Positions 46,721 through 56,470 of a stretch of 64,000 bases of DNA are shown here, piece by piece. Origin of the DNA: an uncultured Chloroflexia bacterium (GTDB lineage: Bacteria > Chloroflexota > Limnocylindria > QHBO01); the NCBI GenBank assembly GCA_963814375.1, contig CAWFCQ010000004.1:388089-452088 (forward strand), read 5' to 3'. The notes under the pieces were generated by a model, which worked only from the letters and a program-made list of their open reading frames with translations, was not told the DNA's origin and ran no database searches. The position numbers and the translations under genes are program-made. Every line of letters begins with the position of its first letter. Position 1 is the first letter of the stretch.

Positions 46721-47623
46721 ATGGATTCGGCGGTCGCGGTGCGCGACCTGCGCATGCGGTATGGGACGAAGGACGTCCTGCACGGCGTCAGCTTCGCCGT
46801 CGAGCGCGGCGAGGTCGTGACGCTGCTCGGCCCGAACGGGGCCGGCAAGACCACGATCATCGAGATCCTCGAGGGCTTCCGCGGGCGATCCGACGGCGAT
46901 GTCGAGGTCCTCGGTTCCGATCCCGCGACGGCCGACGAGGCGTGGCGCGCGCAGGTCGGGATCGTCCTCCAGTCGTGGCGGGACCACGGCAAGTGGCGGG
47001 TGCGCCAGCTGCTCCATCATCTCGGCGAGTACTACCGCCCGTATGCGACGGCCGCACGCGCACGCCCACGCGATGTCGACGAGCTGATCGAAGTGGTCGG
47101 GCTGCCGGAGCAGGCCCGCCAGCGCATCGCGACGCTTTCCGGCGGGCAGCGGAGGCGGCTCGACGTCGCGATCGGGCTCATCGGCAGGCCAGAGCTCCTC
47201 TTCCTCGACGAGCCGACGGCTGGCTTCGACCCGGAGGCGCGCCGCGACTTCCACGACCTGGTGCGCGGCCTCTCGGACCACGAGGAGACGACCGTCTTTC
47301 TCACCACCCACGACCTCGACGAGGCCGAGAAGCTGGCGGACCGGATCATCATCCTGGCCAAGGGCCGAATCGTGGCCGATGGGACTGCCGACGAGCTCGC
47401 CGGCCGCATCTCGACGACGGCCGAGGTCCGTTGGAGCCAGGGAGGCATCCGCCATGCCGAATCCGCGGCCGATGCCACCGACTTCGTCCGCGACCTCCTG
47501 AACCGCGACGGCCCACCGGTCGAGGACCTGGAAGTCAGGCGGGCGACCCTCGAGGACACCTACCTCGCCATGGTCCGCCGCGACGAGACGCTGGCCGCGA
47601 CCGAGTCCGGTGAAGCCGCATGA
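46721..47623 (+). CDS. ABC transporter ATP-binding protein (DrrA-like)
   Basis: GPNGAGKTT, LSGGQRRR, LDEPT.G.DP, TTH. Confidence 0.93.
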   Translation: MDSAVAVRDLRMRYGTKDVLHGVSFAVERGEVVTLLGPNGAGKTTIIEILEGFRGRSDGDVEVLGSDPATADEAWRAQVGIVLQSWRDHGKWRVRQLLHHLGEYYRPYATAARARPRDVDELIEVVGLPEQARQRIATLSGGQRRRLDVAIGLIGRPELLFLDEPTAGFDPEARRDFHDLVRGLSDHEETTVFLTTHDLDEAEKLADRIIILAKGRIVADGTADELAGRISTTAEVRWSQGGIRHAESAADATDFVRDLLNRDGPPVEDLEVRRATLEDTYLAMVRRDETLAATESGEAA

Positions 47624-48468
47624 ACCCGAGGCGCTACGCCCTGCGTATCGGCCTGTCGCGTGGGTGGATGATGTTCAAGCAGATCCTGACCACCCCCGAT
47701 GGCATCTTCAACACCGTCGTCTGGGCCGGGATCCCTTTGGTGATCCTCGTCCTGAACCGCAACGAGACCATCGAGGGCACCGACCTGTCCCTGGCGGCCG
47801 TCGGGCTCCCCGGTTTCCTTGGCCTGATGATCGCGGCCTCGGCGCTCGGGCCGGCCTACTACATCGCCGCCGAGCGCGAGGACGGCACGGTGCTGCGGGC
47901 GAAAGCCGTGCCGTACGGGATCGTGGGCTATGTTGCCGGCGTCCTCTCGCAGGCCTGCCTCGAGACGTTCGTCGCCATCGCGCTGATCACGATTCCCGGC
48001 TTCTTCCTCTTCCCCGGCCTCGAGGTCCCCGATGCGGTCCACTGGCTCGTGTTCGTGCTCGTCGTGGTCCTGGGCCTGCTGGCGACCCTGCCGGTCGGCG
48101 TGATCATCGGCTCGCTGGTGCGCAGCCCTCGGCTGGTTGGGGCGCTCGGGTTCTTCTTCATCGGCGGCCTGGCGATCATCAGCGGCATCCTCATCCCACT
48201 GCAGGAGATGCCGCCCTGGGTGCAGGTGCTCGGGCAGGCGCTCCCGACCTACTGGATCGGCCTCGGCATGCGATACGTGTTCCTGCCCGAGGCGGCGGTG
48301 GCCATCGAGATCGGGCAGTCGTGGCGGCACCTCGAGATGGTGCTGGTGCTCAGCGCCTGGACCGTCATCGGCCTCCTCGTCGCGCCGGCGGTGCTGCGAC
48401 GCATGGCTCGGCGCGAATCCGGAGCTCGGGTCGAGGCAAGCCGCCAAGAGGCCCTCCAGCGCATGTGA
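47620..48468 (+). CDS. ABC-2 type transporter permease
   Basis: Six TM helices, EREDGT..R, P...MP.W.Q...P.YW; ATGA coupling. Confidence 0.9.
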   Translation: MNPRRYALRIGLSRGWMMFKQILTTPDGIFNTVVWAGIPLVILVLNRNETIEGTDLSLAAVGLPGFLGLMIAASALGPAYYIAAEREDGTVLRAKAVPYGIVGYVAGVLSQACLETFVAIALITIPGFFLFPGLEVPDAVHWLVFVLVVVLGLLATLPVGVIIGSLVRSPRLVGALGFFFIGGLAIISGILIPLQEMPPWVQVLGQALPTYWIGLGMRYVFLPEAAVAIEIGQSWRHLEMVLVLSAWTVIGLLVAPAVLRRMARRESGARVEASRQEALQRM

Positions 48469-48537
48469 CTGCTGCCGAGCCTCCAGCAAACGTCGCAGAT
48501 CGCGAGCCTACATCCGGTCGGGCATCCATTTGGATGC

Positions 48538-49482
48538 TCAGACGGGCGTCGGCTCCGGGAAGGTGTATGAGCCGTCTGCTACCTGCGGCCGCGGTCGGTA
48601 CATCCGGACGGCGTAGTTCCAGCCCTCCATGATGGGGAGGCAGTTGACTCGCTCGTCCTCGCACCCGCCGAAGTGGACCGTGATCGAGCCGTCGGCATTC
48701 TTCTGGGCGGAGACGCTGTTGACGTTGTAGGCGCCGCGCTCGTTCGGCTCGAAGAACCCGTCCTTGTTGTATACGCTGATCGACCAAAAGGCATCTACCG
48801 GCACGTCGCGGGCGGTCAGCCGATACTCGCCCATCGGCTGACCAGCTGTCTTCCCGCCGTAGATCGCCTCCGACTGCGGCAGCCCGCCCCAGCCAGCAGC
48901 GGTGCCCAGCAGATGCTGGTCTGGATCGACGTCCTCGCGCCGTCCGAACATCAACTTGGAGTCCAGGTCCCCGCCCTTCGCCCGCTCGAGCAGCTCTGAG
49001 CGCTTGGAATCCAGCGAAGCCGGGTCGTAGTCGCCGGGCTCGAACGGCCGAGCCGAGGAAGCCGCGACCTTCAGACCGTCCTGGACCGCCTGGGCCGCAG
49101 CGAGGTCTTGCGGGTCGGTCGGGTCGACCAGCACTCGGGCCGCGGCGACCACGTACGGCGTGCCGAAGCGATCGACCGTTAGCTCGTGCGGCCCGCCATC
49201 GTGCAGGACCTCGTTGATGTAGTGGTCCTGGTTGACGATCATCACCGACACGTAGCGTTCCCCGGCATCGGGCAGCGTCACGACCGCGCCCTCGGAGATG
49301 TCCACAACGGCAAAGCTGTAGAGCGTGTCGCGGTTCATGCGGATGACGGTCTGGTGATCGACCGACGCGGGCTCTCTGGTGTGGTGCCAGCGATTGACGC
49401 CTCCGGCCTCTGCTACGAACGACGCTAGGTATCGATCGGTCTCAGCGCGGACGAAGTTGTCATTGGTGACCGGCGTGGCCAT
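48538..49482 (-). CDS. DUF1254/DUF1214-domain protein
   Basis: NFVRAETD, IRMNRDTLYS, AAGWGGLP, VPVDAFWSISVYN..G.F, WNY.VRMY.P; AGGAG RBS. Confidence 0.85.
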   Translation of the reverse strand: MATPVTNDNFVRAETDRYLASFVAEAGGVNRWHHTREPASVDHQTVIRMNRDTLYSFAVVDISEGAVVTLPDAGERYVSVMIVNQDHYINEVLHDGGPHELTVDRFGTPYVVAAARVLVDPTDPQDLAAAQAVQDGLKVAASSARPFEPGDYDPASLDSKRSELLERAKGGDLDSKLMFGRREDVDPDQHLLGTAAGWGGLPQSEAIYGGKTAGQPMGEYRLTARDVPVDAFWSISVYNKDGFFEPNERGAYNVNSVSAQKNADGSITVHFGGCEDERVNCLPIMEGWNYAVRMYRPRPQVADGSYTFPEPTPV

Positions 49483-49677
49483 CTGGCGTCTCCTAGGTGC
49501 GTGGCGGCCCAATCGTACGCGGCTGCTCGCGCGCCGGTTCCGCCCCGCACGGTTCGATCTCCGCTGGGATCCTCCGCCATCAGCTTGATCCCCGCTGGCG
49601 GCTGCCGATCCAGTGAGCGTTCGGCCCGCTCGGTCGATCGCCGGCGTCGGCGAGGGCCCGCTTTCGTGCTCAAATCG

Positions 49678-49754
<77 letters not shown>

Positions 49755-49997
49755 GCGCCGGCATGGTAGCGGACGGAGGACTGCCGCCTCCCCGAGGGGA
49801 CGGCTCGTTTTCGTTCACGAAGAGGACAGATTCACGTCCGCCGTGCGTTGTGTTCGGGGATCGACGCCGAATCGACCAAAATCGCCGCGCATGCACAGAG
49901 GGTGTGAATAGCGAGCGTTCGGAGGCGTCAGATGCGCGTAACGCTCCTCTCATGTGAATTCCGACCCTTCACGCGCCGCCACACTACCCACGACGAA

Positions 49998-50024
49998 CGC
50001 CGCTCGCGGAGAGTGCGAGCGGCG
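49998..50024 (-). terminator. Hairpin downstream of the tRNA-Leu pair
   Basis: Perfect 10-bp stem CGCCGCTCGC/GCGAGCGGCG with weak U tract. Confidence 0.6.
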
Positions 50025-50046
50025 CATCGGTCGATCGAGAGTGAAT

Positions 50047-50131
50047 TGGTGCCCAGGCCGGGACTTGAACCCGGATGGGTTTCCCCATACGCCCCTCAAA
50101 CGTACGCGTATACCAATTCCGCCACCTGGGC
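50047..50131 (-). tRNA. tRNA-Leu(GAG)
   Basis: GCCCAGG acceptor, TACGT-TTGAGGG-GCGTA, long variable arm, CCA. Confidence 0.96.
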
Positions 50132-50139
50132 ATCGAGGG

Positions 50140-50228
50140 TGGTACCGAGGGAGGGACTTGAACCCACACGACCCGTAAGGATCACTAGGTCCTGAACCTA
50201 GCGCGTCTGCCTATTCCGCCACCTCGGC
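50140..50228 (-). tRNA. tRNA-Leu(CAG)
   Basis: GCCGAGG acceptor, CTAGG-TTCAGGA-CCTAG, long variable arm, CCA. Confidence 0.96.
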
Positions 50229-50283
50229 ACGAGCACGGATTCTATCAGCCGTCGATGGCAGCGCCAAACGCTCGGCGACTTTC

Positions 50284-50754
50284 TCACCCGACCCCGATCG
50301 CCCACTCCTCGCCGGCGTCGCGTTCCAGCGCCTTCAGGTACACGCTCAGCTTGCCGTAGAGGATGTACACCGCCTCACGGTAGACCTCGTACTGGACGAA
50401 CGGCGAGGCGATGAAGCCGTGGCCGCGGTCGATGCGGTCGATGCGCAGCTCTTCATCCGTGAAACGGCTCATCGCCGTCTTCATGGCCTCGTCCTGCGCG
50501 TCGAACCATGCGCGCAGGCCGGCAACCGTGAGCGGCGCGGGAGGCGGAAGCTGGCGGTGCTCCCAGTCGAGGGTGAACGTCTCGAAAGAATGCGTGTAGA
50601 TGCCCTCGATGTCGCCCATCTCCACCAGCAGCTCGCCCAGGGTCGGGTTGTGGCCCGGCAGCTTGTAGGCGAGATCGGCATCGGACACCACGGTCAGCAG
50701 GTGATCGCGCAGTCGGTGGTGACCGCGAATTTCCTCTTCGAACAGGTTGTTCAT
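50284..50754 (-). CDS. Hypothetical protein, DinB/YfiT-like four-helix bundle
   Basis: SDADL.Y..PG.NPTLGEL..., G...VYLKAL pattern resembles the DinB fold. Confidence 0.7.
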   Translation of the reverse strand: MNNLFEEEIRGHHRLRDHLLTVVSDADLAYKLPGHNPTLGELLVEMGDIEGIYTHSFETFTLDWEHRQLPPPAPLTVAGLRAWFDAQDEAMKTAMSRFTDEELRIDRIDRGHGFIASPFVQYEVYREAVYILYGKLSVYLKALERDAGEEWAIGVG

Positions 50755-50770
50755 GCGCGACGCCCGCCGG

Positions 50771-50995
50771 TCAGGTCGTGGGCGGCAGCAGGTTCAACAG
50801 GCTGAAGGCGACGAAGAGGATGGCCAGGACGATCGTGAGGCGGAAGAGCGTTCGCTCGATCCCGCGACGGCTGCGGTAGGCCGTCACCTCACCTCCGAAG
50901 GCTCCGCCGAGGCCCGTCCCGCGCTGCTGCAGCAGGATCGACGCGATGAGCGCGACGGCGAGAATCATCTGGGCGATGAGGATGGCGGTCGTCAT
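50771..50995 (-). CDS. secG: Preprotein translocase subunit SecG
   Basis: ILLQQRG.GLGGAFGG, RRG.E..L..LT. Confidence 0.95.
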   Translation of the reverse strand: MTTAILIAQMILAVALIASILLQQRGTGLGGAFGGEVTAYRSRRGIERTLFRLTIVLAILFVAFSLLNLLPPTT

Positions 50996-51031
50996 GGCCG
51001 GCGAAGTTTAGCAGAGGGTCGGTGGCGCGGC

Positions 51032-52555
51032 TCAGCCACGCACGAGGAGGCTCTCCCCCACCATGGCCGGGCCGGCCGGGACGCCCATCAGCTCGCAGAT
51101 CGTCGGCGCGACGTCGGCCAGCTCGCCGTCCCGCAGTGAGGCACCGTCGTGCGCCTCGCTCACGAGCACGATCGGCACAGGCGAGGTCGTGTGCTTCGTC
51201 TGCGGCTCGCCGTCCGCGTCTCGCATCTCCTCGATGTTGCCGTGGTCGGCCGTGACGATCATCGGGCTGCGGGTGCCGAGCGCGGCGCGCGCCAGGCGTC
51301 CGAGGCAGGCGTCGATGAACTCCGCGGCATGGACCGCAGCCGGCCAGACCCCCGTGTGACCGACCATGTCCGGGTTGGCGTAGTTGGCGACGATGAAGTC
51401 GTGCGACCGCCGATCCAGCGCCTCGACGATCCGGTCGGTGATCTGCCCCGCGCTCATCTCGGGAGCGAGGTCGTAGGTCGCCACCTCCCGGTTCGAAGGA
51501 ACGAGGATTCGCTCCTCGCCGGGGAACGGGTCCTCCGCCCCGCCGTTGAAGAAGTAGGTGACGTGCGCGTACTTCTCGGTTTCCGCGATGTGCAGCTGGC
51601 GCCTGCCGAGGCGAGAGAGATGCGCCGCGAGCGAGTCGATCAACAGCGGCGGGAAGGCGACCGGAACCGGAAGCTCTTCCGGCGCCTGGTACTGGGTCAG
51701 CGTCGTAACGTCGACCGCCCCCGGAGAGGCGGAGCGCTCGAAGCCGATGAAGTCGGGCAGCGCCAGCGCCTGCGTCAGCTGCCGCGCCCGGTCGGCCCGG
51801 AAGTTCAGGTGGACGACCGCGTCGTCGGCGCCGATCGGGGCCGCGGCGCCGATTACCGTGGGCTGCACGAACTCGTCCGACTCGCCGCGGGCGTAGGCGG
51901 CCGCGATCGCCTCAGATGTCGTGGCCGCAAAAAGGCCGTGCCCATGCACGATCGTCTCGCAGGCGAGTCGCGTCCGATCCCAGCGGTGGTCGCGGTCCAT
52001 CGCGTAATAGCGCCCGCTGACGGTGGCCACTCTTGCGCGGCCGGCAAACCGCGCCTCGAGCGCCGGCAGGAAGGCGTCCGCGGATCGCGGGGGCGTATCC
52101 CGCCCATCGGTGAAGGCATGGAAGAGGGCCCGGTCCGGCGGCACACCCGACCGATGCGCCAGCTCCACCATCGCCTCGATGTGCTCGTCGACGGCGTGAA
52201 TCCCGCCGGGGCCGACGAGCCCCATCAGGTGAAGGCGACCGCCACGGGCGACCGTGCGCTCGCAGGCCGCTCGCAGCGCGGCGTTGTCGAAGAACGAGCT
52301 ATCCCGGACCGCGGCGCTGATGCGCGGCAGGTCCTGGAGGACGCGGAAGCCGGCGCCGAGGTTGAGGTGCCCGACCTCGCTGTTGCCCATTTGGCCGGCG
52401 GGCAGGCCGACGGCTTCGCCGGAGGCCGCGAGCTGAGCATTTGGCCACTCCGCAAGCAGCCGATGCCAGTTCCACATCGATGCCGCCATCAGTGCGTTGC
52501 GCTCCGGGTCGTCCCCGACGCCGAACCCGTCGAGGACGACGAGAAGGACGGTCAC
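51032..52555 (-). CDS. gpmI: 2,3-bisphosphoglycerate-independent phosphoglycerate mutase
   Basis: LDGFG, MGNSEVGH, DGRDTPP, GRYYAMDRD, AETEKYAHVT, DMVGHTG, TADHGN. Confidence 0.97.
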   Translation of the reverse strand: MTVLLVVLDGFGVGDDPERNALMAASMWNWHRLLAEWPNAQLAASGEAVGLPAGQMGNSEVGHLNLGAGFRVLQDLPRISAAVRDSSFFDNAALRAACERTVARGGRLHLMGLVGPGGIHAVDEHIEAMVELAHRSGVPPDRALFHAFTDGRDTPPRSADAFLPALEARFAGRARVATVSGRYYAMDRDHRWDRTRLACETIVHGHGLFAATTSEAIAAAYARGESDEFVQPTVIGAAAPIGADDAVVHLNFRADRARQLTQALALPDFIGFERSASPGAVDVTTLTQYQAPEELPVPVAFPPLLIDSLAAHLSRLGRRQLHIAETEKYAHVTYFFNGGAEDPFPGEERILVPSNREVATYDLAPEMSAGQITDRIVEALDRRSHDFIVANYANPDMVGHTGVWPAAVHAAEFIDACLGRLARAALGTRSPMIVTADHGNIEEMRDADGEPQTKHTTSPVPIVLVSEAHDGASLRDGELADVAPTICELMGVPAGPAMVGESLLVRG

Positions 52556-53310
52556 GCCGCCGCGTCTGCGGCGCGCAGGATTGCCGCGAAGAGATCCGGC
52601 TTGAGCGAAGCGCCCCCCACCAGCGCTCCGTCGATGTCGGCGCAGGCGAAGAACTCGGCGGCATTGGCATCGGTCACGCTGCCGCCGTACTGGATCGGAA
52701 CTTCGTCGGCGCCATCCGGATCGACGTCGCGCAGCATGGCGCGTATCTGCGCCGCCACCGCCTGGGCGTCGGCCCCCGAAGCGGCGTCCCCGGTGCCGAT
52801 CGCCCACACCGGCTCATAGGCGACGACCAGGCCGGAGCCGGCGATCCGGTCGAGCCCCGCAAGCGCCGCACGCAGCTGTCGATCGATGACGGCCTCTGTC
52901 GTCCCTGCGCGCCGCTCGTCGGCTCGCTCCCCGACGGCCGCGATCGGTCGCAGACCGTGCGCCACGGCGCTGGCGACCTTGCGCCCGACCGACTCGTCCG
53001 TCTCGCCGTCGTACTGCCGGCGTTCCGAATGCCCGAGGATCACGTACGTCGCGAGACCGGAAAGCATGAGCGGGCTGGTCTCGCCGGTAAAGGCGCCTCG
53101 CTCGTCTGCATGCATCGTCTGCGCCCCGACGTGGAGTCCGGGCGTCGCCTGGGCCACCGCGGACAACCAGATCGTCGGCGGACAGACGACCGTCGTGACC
53201 CGCGGCATCTCGACCGCGATCGTCTCGACCATCTCGGCCAGCGCGATCGCCTCCGCCACCGTCGGCGGGTTCATCTTCCAGTTGCCGGCGACGACCGGTC
53301 GGCGCATCAC
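52552..53310 (-). CDS. tpiA: Triosephosphate isomerase
   Basis: GNWKMN, GHSERR, AYEPVWAIGTG, YGGSV, LVGGASL. Confidence 0.98.
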   Translation of the reverse strand: MMRRPVVAGNWKMNPPTVAEAIALAEMVETIAVEMPRVTTVVCPPTIWLSAVAQATPGLHVGAQTMHADERGAFTGETSPLMLSGLATYVILGHSERRQYDGETDESVGRKVASAVAHGLRPIAAVGERADERRAGTTEAVIDRQLRAALAGLDRIAGSGLVVAYEPVWAIGTGDAASGADAQAVAAQIRAMLRDVDPDGADEVPIQYGGSVTDANAAEFFACADIDGALVGGASLKPDLFAAILRAADAAA

Positions 53311-54155
53311 TCCTCCTCGTCGCTGGCCAGCTCAACAAGCCGGCGCAGGCGGTGGTTCGTCGCGGAGCGAGTCACGCCCAGCGAGGATGCAAGCGTATCG
53401 AGATCGGCGTCCGGCATGCGGCGACGCGCCGCGGCCGTCTCAGCCAGCGCCGGTGGCAGCACCGCAAGACGCCCGTCACCCTCGAGTCGGCCGATGGCGG
53501 CGAGCTGTCGGTCGGCGGCCCGCACCGTCCGCGCGAGGTTTGCCTCCTCGGCGTTGACCAGCCGGTTGAGGCGCGCCTGGACATCACGGCCGACTCGGTG
53601 GCTCTCGAGCTCGATGACGCCGCGGTTGGCGCCGACCAGCCGCAGGAGCGCGGCGATCTCCTCGTGCCCCTTCAGGTACACGACCTGACGACCGCGGCGC
53701 TGTGCGCGCAGCGCCCTCACGTCGAGCGAGGCCAGCGCGCTCTGGAGCTCCTCACCGGCAACTCGATCGGCGAGGACGAACTCGACGTGCGGCCCGCTGG
53801 CGCTGAACGACATCGAGCCGCGCCCGAGCAGGACGCCGCGCAGGAAGGCGCGTCGGTCGCAGGCCGGCGCATCGGCCCACGACCACGCGCCGAGGGAGTC
53901 ACGATCGACCTCGACCGTGAGGTGGTGGCGCGAACCCGAGCGCGCGGGGCCCGTGGCGCTGGGCCGAGGTGGCGCGACCGGGACGCCCAGCGAGGTCGCA
54001 AGGTGGACCGCGGTGCGGGCGATGGCGTGGTCGAGGGTGCGGATGCCGGCGTCGCCCGAGCCATGGAGCAGCCCGATCAGCTCCGCCCGCCGGTCGCAGG
54101 CTCGCGCCGGCTGGATGCGGGCGAGCTCGCCCTTGACCTCTCCGGCGACGAGCAC
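53307..54155 (-). CDS. whiA: DNA-binding protein WhiA
   Basis: AFLRG..L..GS, VYLK, NRLVNAE.ANL.RT, SA.NHRLRRL; rapZ-yvcK-whiA order. Confidence 0.92.
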   Translation of the reverse strand: MLVAGEVKGELARIQPARACDRRAELIGLLHGSGDAGIRTLDHAIARTAVHLATSLGVPVAPPRPSATGPARSGSRHHLTVEVDRDSLGAWSWADAPACDRRAFLRGVLLGRGSMSFSASGPHVEFVLADRVAGEELQSALASLDVRALRAQRRGRQVVYLKGHEEIAALLRLVGANRGVIELESHRVGRDVQARLNRLVNAEEANLARTVRAADRQLAAIGRLEGDGRLAVLPPALAETAAARRRMPDADLDTLASSLGVTRSATNHRLRRLVELASDEEE

Positions 54156-54163
54156 GGTCGCGC

Positions 54164-55486
54164 TCAGGACGCTTGCGCGGTAGGCCGCCTCAACCGTCGC
54201 TGCCGCGGGCGGTCAATGCGATCCTCCTGCTGGAGGCGGATCAGCGCGGCACCCAGCTTCGCCGGGTCATGACGATGCGGGTTGGCCGGATCGATCACGT
54301 CCTCCTCGACGATCACCACCGGGAGCTCCTCGAGGCGGCGGGCATCGACCTCGACCGGCTTGGCACGCCATCCCTCTGGAATGCGTGTCAGGTTGTTGCG
54401 GTTGACGATGACGTAGTCGATCAGGTCGTCCCCGACGTGGTCGAACAGCGCGCGCAGGTGGTCGGCGGCGGTCAGGCGATCGGTCTCGCCCGGCTGGGTC
54501 GCCACGTTGCACACGTATACCTTGGTCCCCGGCGCCGCCGCGAGCGCGTCACGAATGTCGCTGATGAGCAGGTTGGGCAGGACGCTGCTGAAGAGGCTGC
54601 CGGGGCCGATGACGATCATGTCCGCCTCGAGGATCCGCTCGAGCGCCTCGCCGGTGGCCCGCACGTCTGCCGGCTCGATGAAGACGCGGTCGATCGGCTC
54701 CTTGGCGCGCGCGATCCCGACCTGGCCGTGAAGCGTCCGCCCCGAGACCAGCTGCGCGGATAGGTTGAGCGGCACGCTCGTGGCGGGCAGCACCTGGCCG
54801 CGCACCGCGAGGACGCGGTTGGACTCGCGCACCGCCTCCTCGAAGTCACCGGTGACCGCCGTCATGGCGGCGATGAAGAGGTTGCCGAACGCGTGGTTGT
54901 CGAGGCCGGAGCCCGCAGGGAATCGGTACTGCATGAGCTGCGTCATCAGTGGCTCGGCGTCGGCAAGGGCGGCGATGCAGTTGCGGATGTCGCCGGGCGG
55001 CACGATCCCGAGCTGCTGTCGGAGCTGCCCGCTGCTCCCCCCGTCGTCGGCCACCGCCACCACGGCGGTGATGTTGGCGGAGTAGCCCTTGAGGCCGCGC
55101 AGCAGGGTCGACAGGCCCGTCCCGCCGCCGATCGCAACGATCCGCGGTCCGCGGGCGAGGTAGCGCTTCGTGTAGAGGACCTCCATCACGCTGTCGCCGC
55201 GGCCAACGAAAGGCGAGACGACCGACCGCATCAGGCCCCACATCCCAAGCCCGGTGAGGGCGATCCCGAGGAGGGCGACGACGAAGGCGCGCACCTCCGG
55301 CTCGAGCCAGGCGCCGGTGGCCCAGTACAGGAACGGGATCGTGTCGGCATCCGTTGCGCGGTAGAGGTCGCGGATGAAGATCGCCGCGCCGAGGCCGATG
55401 ATGACGATGCCGACCAGCAGCAGCCCCAGCCAGCGCTTGAGGTGCATCCCGGGATACATCCAGCGGGGCATGCCGGATCGCCTCAT
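54164..55486 (-). CDS. yvcK: Gluconeogenesis factor YvcK/GlmR (UPF0052) with N-terminal TM helices
   Basis: GGGTGLSTLLRGLK, DDGGSSG, PPGDIRNC, GPGSL..S. Confidence 0.93.
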   Translation of the reverse strand: MRRSGMPRWMYPGMHLKRWLGLLLVGIVIIGLGAAIFIRDLYRATDADTIPFLYWATGAWLEPEVRAFVVALLGIALTGLGMWGLMRSVVSPFVGRGDSVMEVLYTKRYLARGPRIVAIGGGTGLSTLLRGLKGYSANITAVVAVADDGGSSGQLRQQLGIVPPGDIRNCIAALADAEPLMTQLMQYRFPAGSGLDNHAFGNLFIAAMTAVTGDFEEAVRESNRVLAVRGQVLPATSVPLNLSAQLVSGRTLHGQVGIARAKEPIDRVFIEPADVRATGEALERILEADMIVIGPGSLFSSVLPNLLISDIRDALAAAPGTKVYVCNVATQPGETDRLTAADHLRALFDHVGDDLIDYVIVNRNNLTRIPEGWRAKPVEVDARRLEELPVVIVEEDVIDPANPHRHDPAKLGAALIRLQQEDRIDRPRQRRLRRPTAQAS

Positions 55487-56430
55487 CGCTCGAGCTCCCG
55501 ATGGAAGACGCTCACGGATGCCTCGGGCAGGTCGGCGAGACGACGGGCCAGCTCCTCCGCCAGCGCGATCGAGCGGTGGTAGCCGCCGGTGCAGCCCAGC
55601 GCCAGGCGCAGCTGTTCCTTTCCCTCGGCCCGATAGGCCGGCACGGTGAGACGCAGCAGCTCGGTCACGAGCTCCAGGAACCGGTTCGCGGTTGGCTGCG
55701 AGAGCACGAAGTCGCGGACCTTCGACTCAAGGCCGGAGAGTGGCTTGAGATCGGGGTTCCAGTAGGGGTTCGTCAGGAAGCGCACGTCGAGCACGAGGTC
55801 CGCCTCGAGTGGGATCCCGTACTTGAAGCCGAAGGTCACGATGTCGATCCGCAGCGCGTCGTCGGCCGTGTCTCGCGGGACGATCGCGAACAGTCGATCC
55901 TTGAGCTGTCCGATGGAGAGTCCGCTCGTGTCGACCACGTGATCGGCAAGCTCTCGCGTCCGTGACAGCCTGCGCCGCTCCTCGGCGATGCTGGCCTGGA
56001 CGCCACTGCGCGTGGCCTGGAGCGGATGGCGGTGGCGTGTCTCGCTGAAGCGGCTCACCAGCGTGGCATCGCTGGCCTCGAGGTAGACGAGCTCGAGCCG
56101 GCCGCCCTCGGCCTCGAGCGTTGCGGCTGCGCGACCGATGGCGGGAGCCGGATCCCCGGCTCGAATGTCGAGCACCAGCGCCGCCCTTCGAAATCGTTCC
56201 GGTTGCTCGCGGCGCAGCGCGAGGAAGTCGTCGAGCAGCGCCGCAGGGAGGTTGTCCACGACGGAGTAGCCGAGGTCCTCGAAGAGCTTGCTGGCCTGGC
56301 TCTTGCCCGCGCCGGAGAGGCCGCTGATCACCAGCAGGTGGTCGGCATGCTCCTGGCGCGACGCCACGTCACCGGCATCGCCAACTGCCGGCTCGGCGGG
56401 TCGTGCTTCGATGGGTTGCGGGCGCGCCAC
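55483..56430 (-). CDS. rapZ: RNase adapter RapZ (YvcJ)
   Basis: GLSGAGKS, DNLP, ETR.RHP, FGFKYGIP, DVRFL.NP, GCTGG.HRS. Confidence 0.95.
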   Translation of the reverse strand: MARPQPIEARPAEPAVGDAGDVASRQEHADHLLVISGLSGAGKSQASKLFEDLGYSVVDNLPAALLDDFLALRREQPERFRRAALVLDIRAGDPAPAIGRAAATLEAEGGRLELVYLEASDATLVSRFSETRHRHPLQATRSGVQASIAEERRRLSRTRELADHVVDTSGLSIGQLKDRLFAIVPRDTADDALRIDIVTFGFKYGIPLEADLVLDVRFLTNPYWNPDLKPLSGLESKVRDFVLSQPTANRFLELVTELLRLTVPAYRAEGKEQLRLALGCTGGYHRSIALAEELARRLADLPEASVSVFHRELER

Positions 56431-56470
56431 GCTCCCTCCTTGCTGAACGCGATCGGAGTATAGCCTCGCC

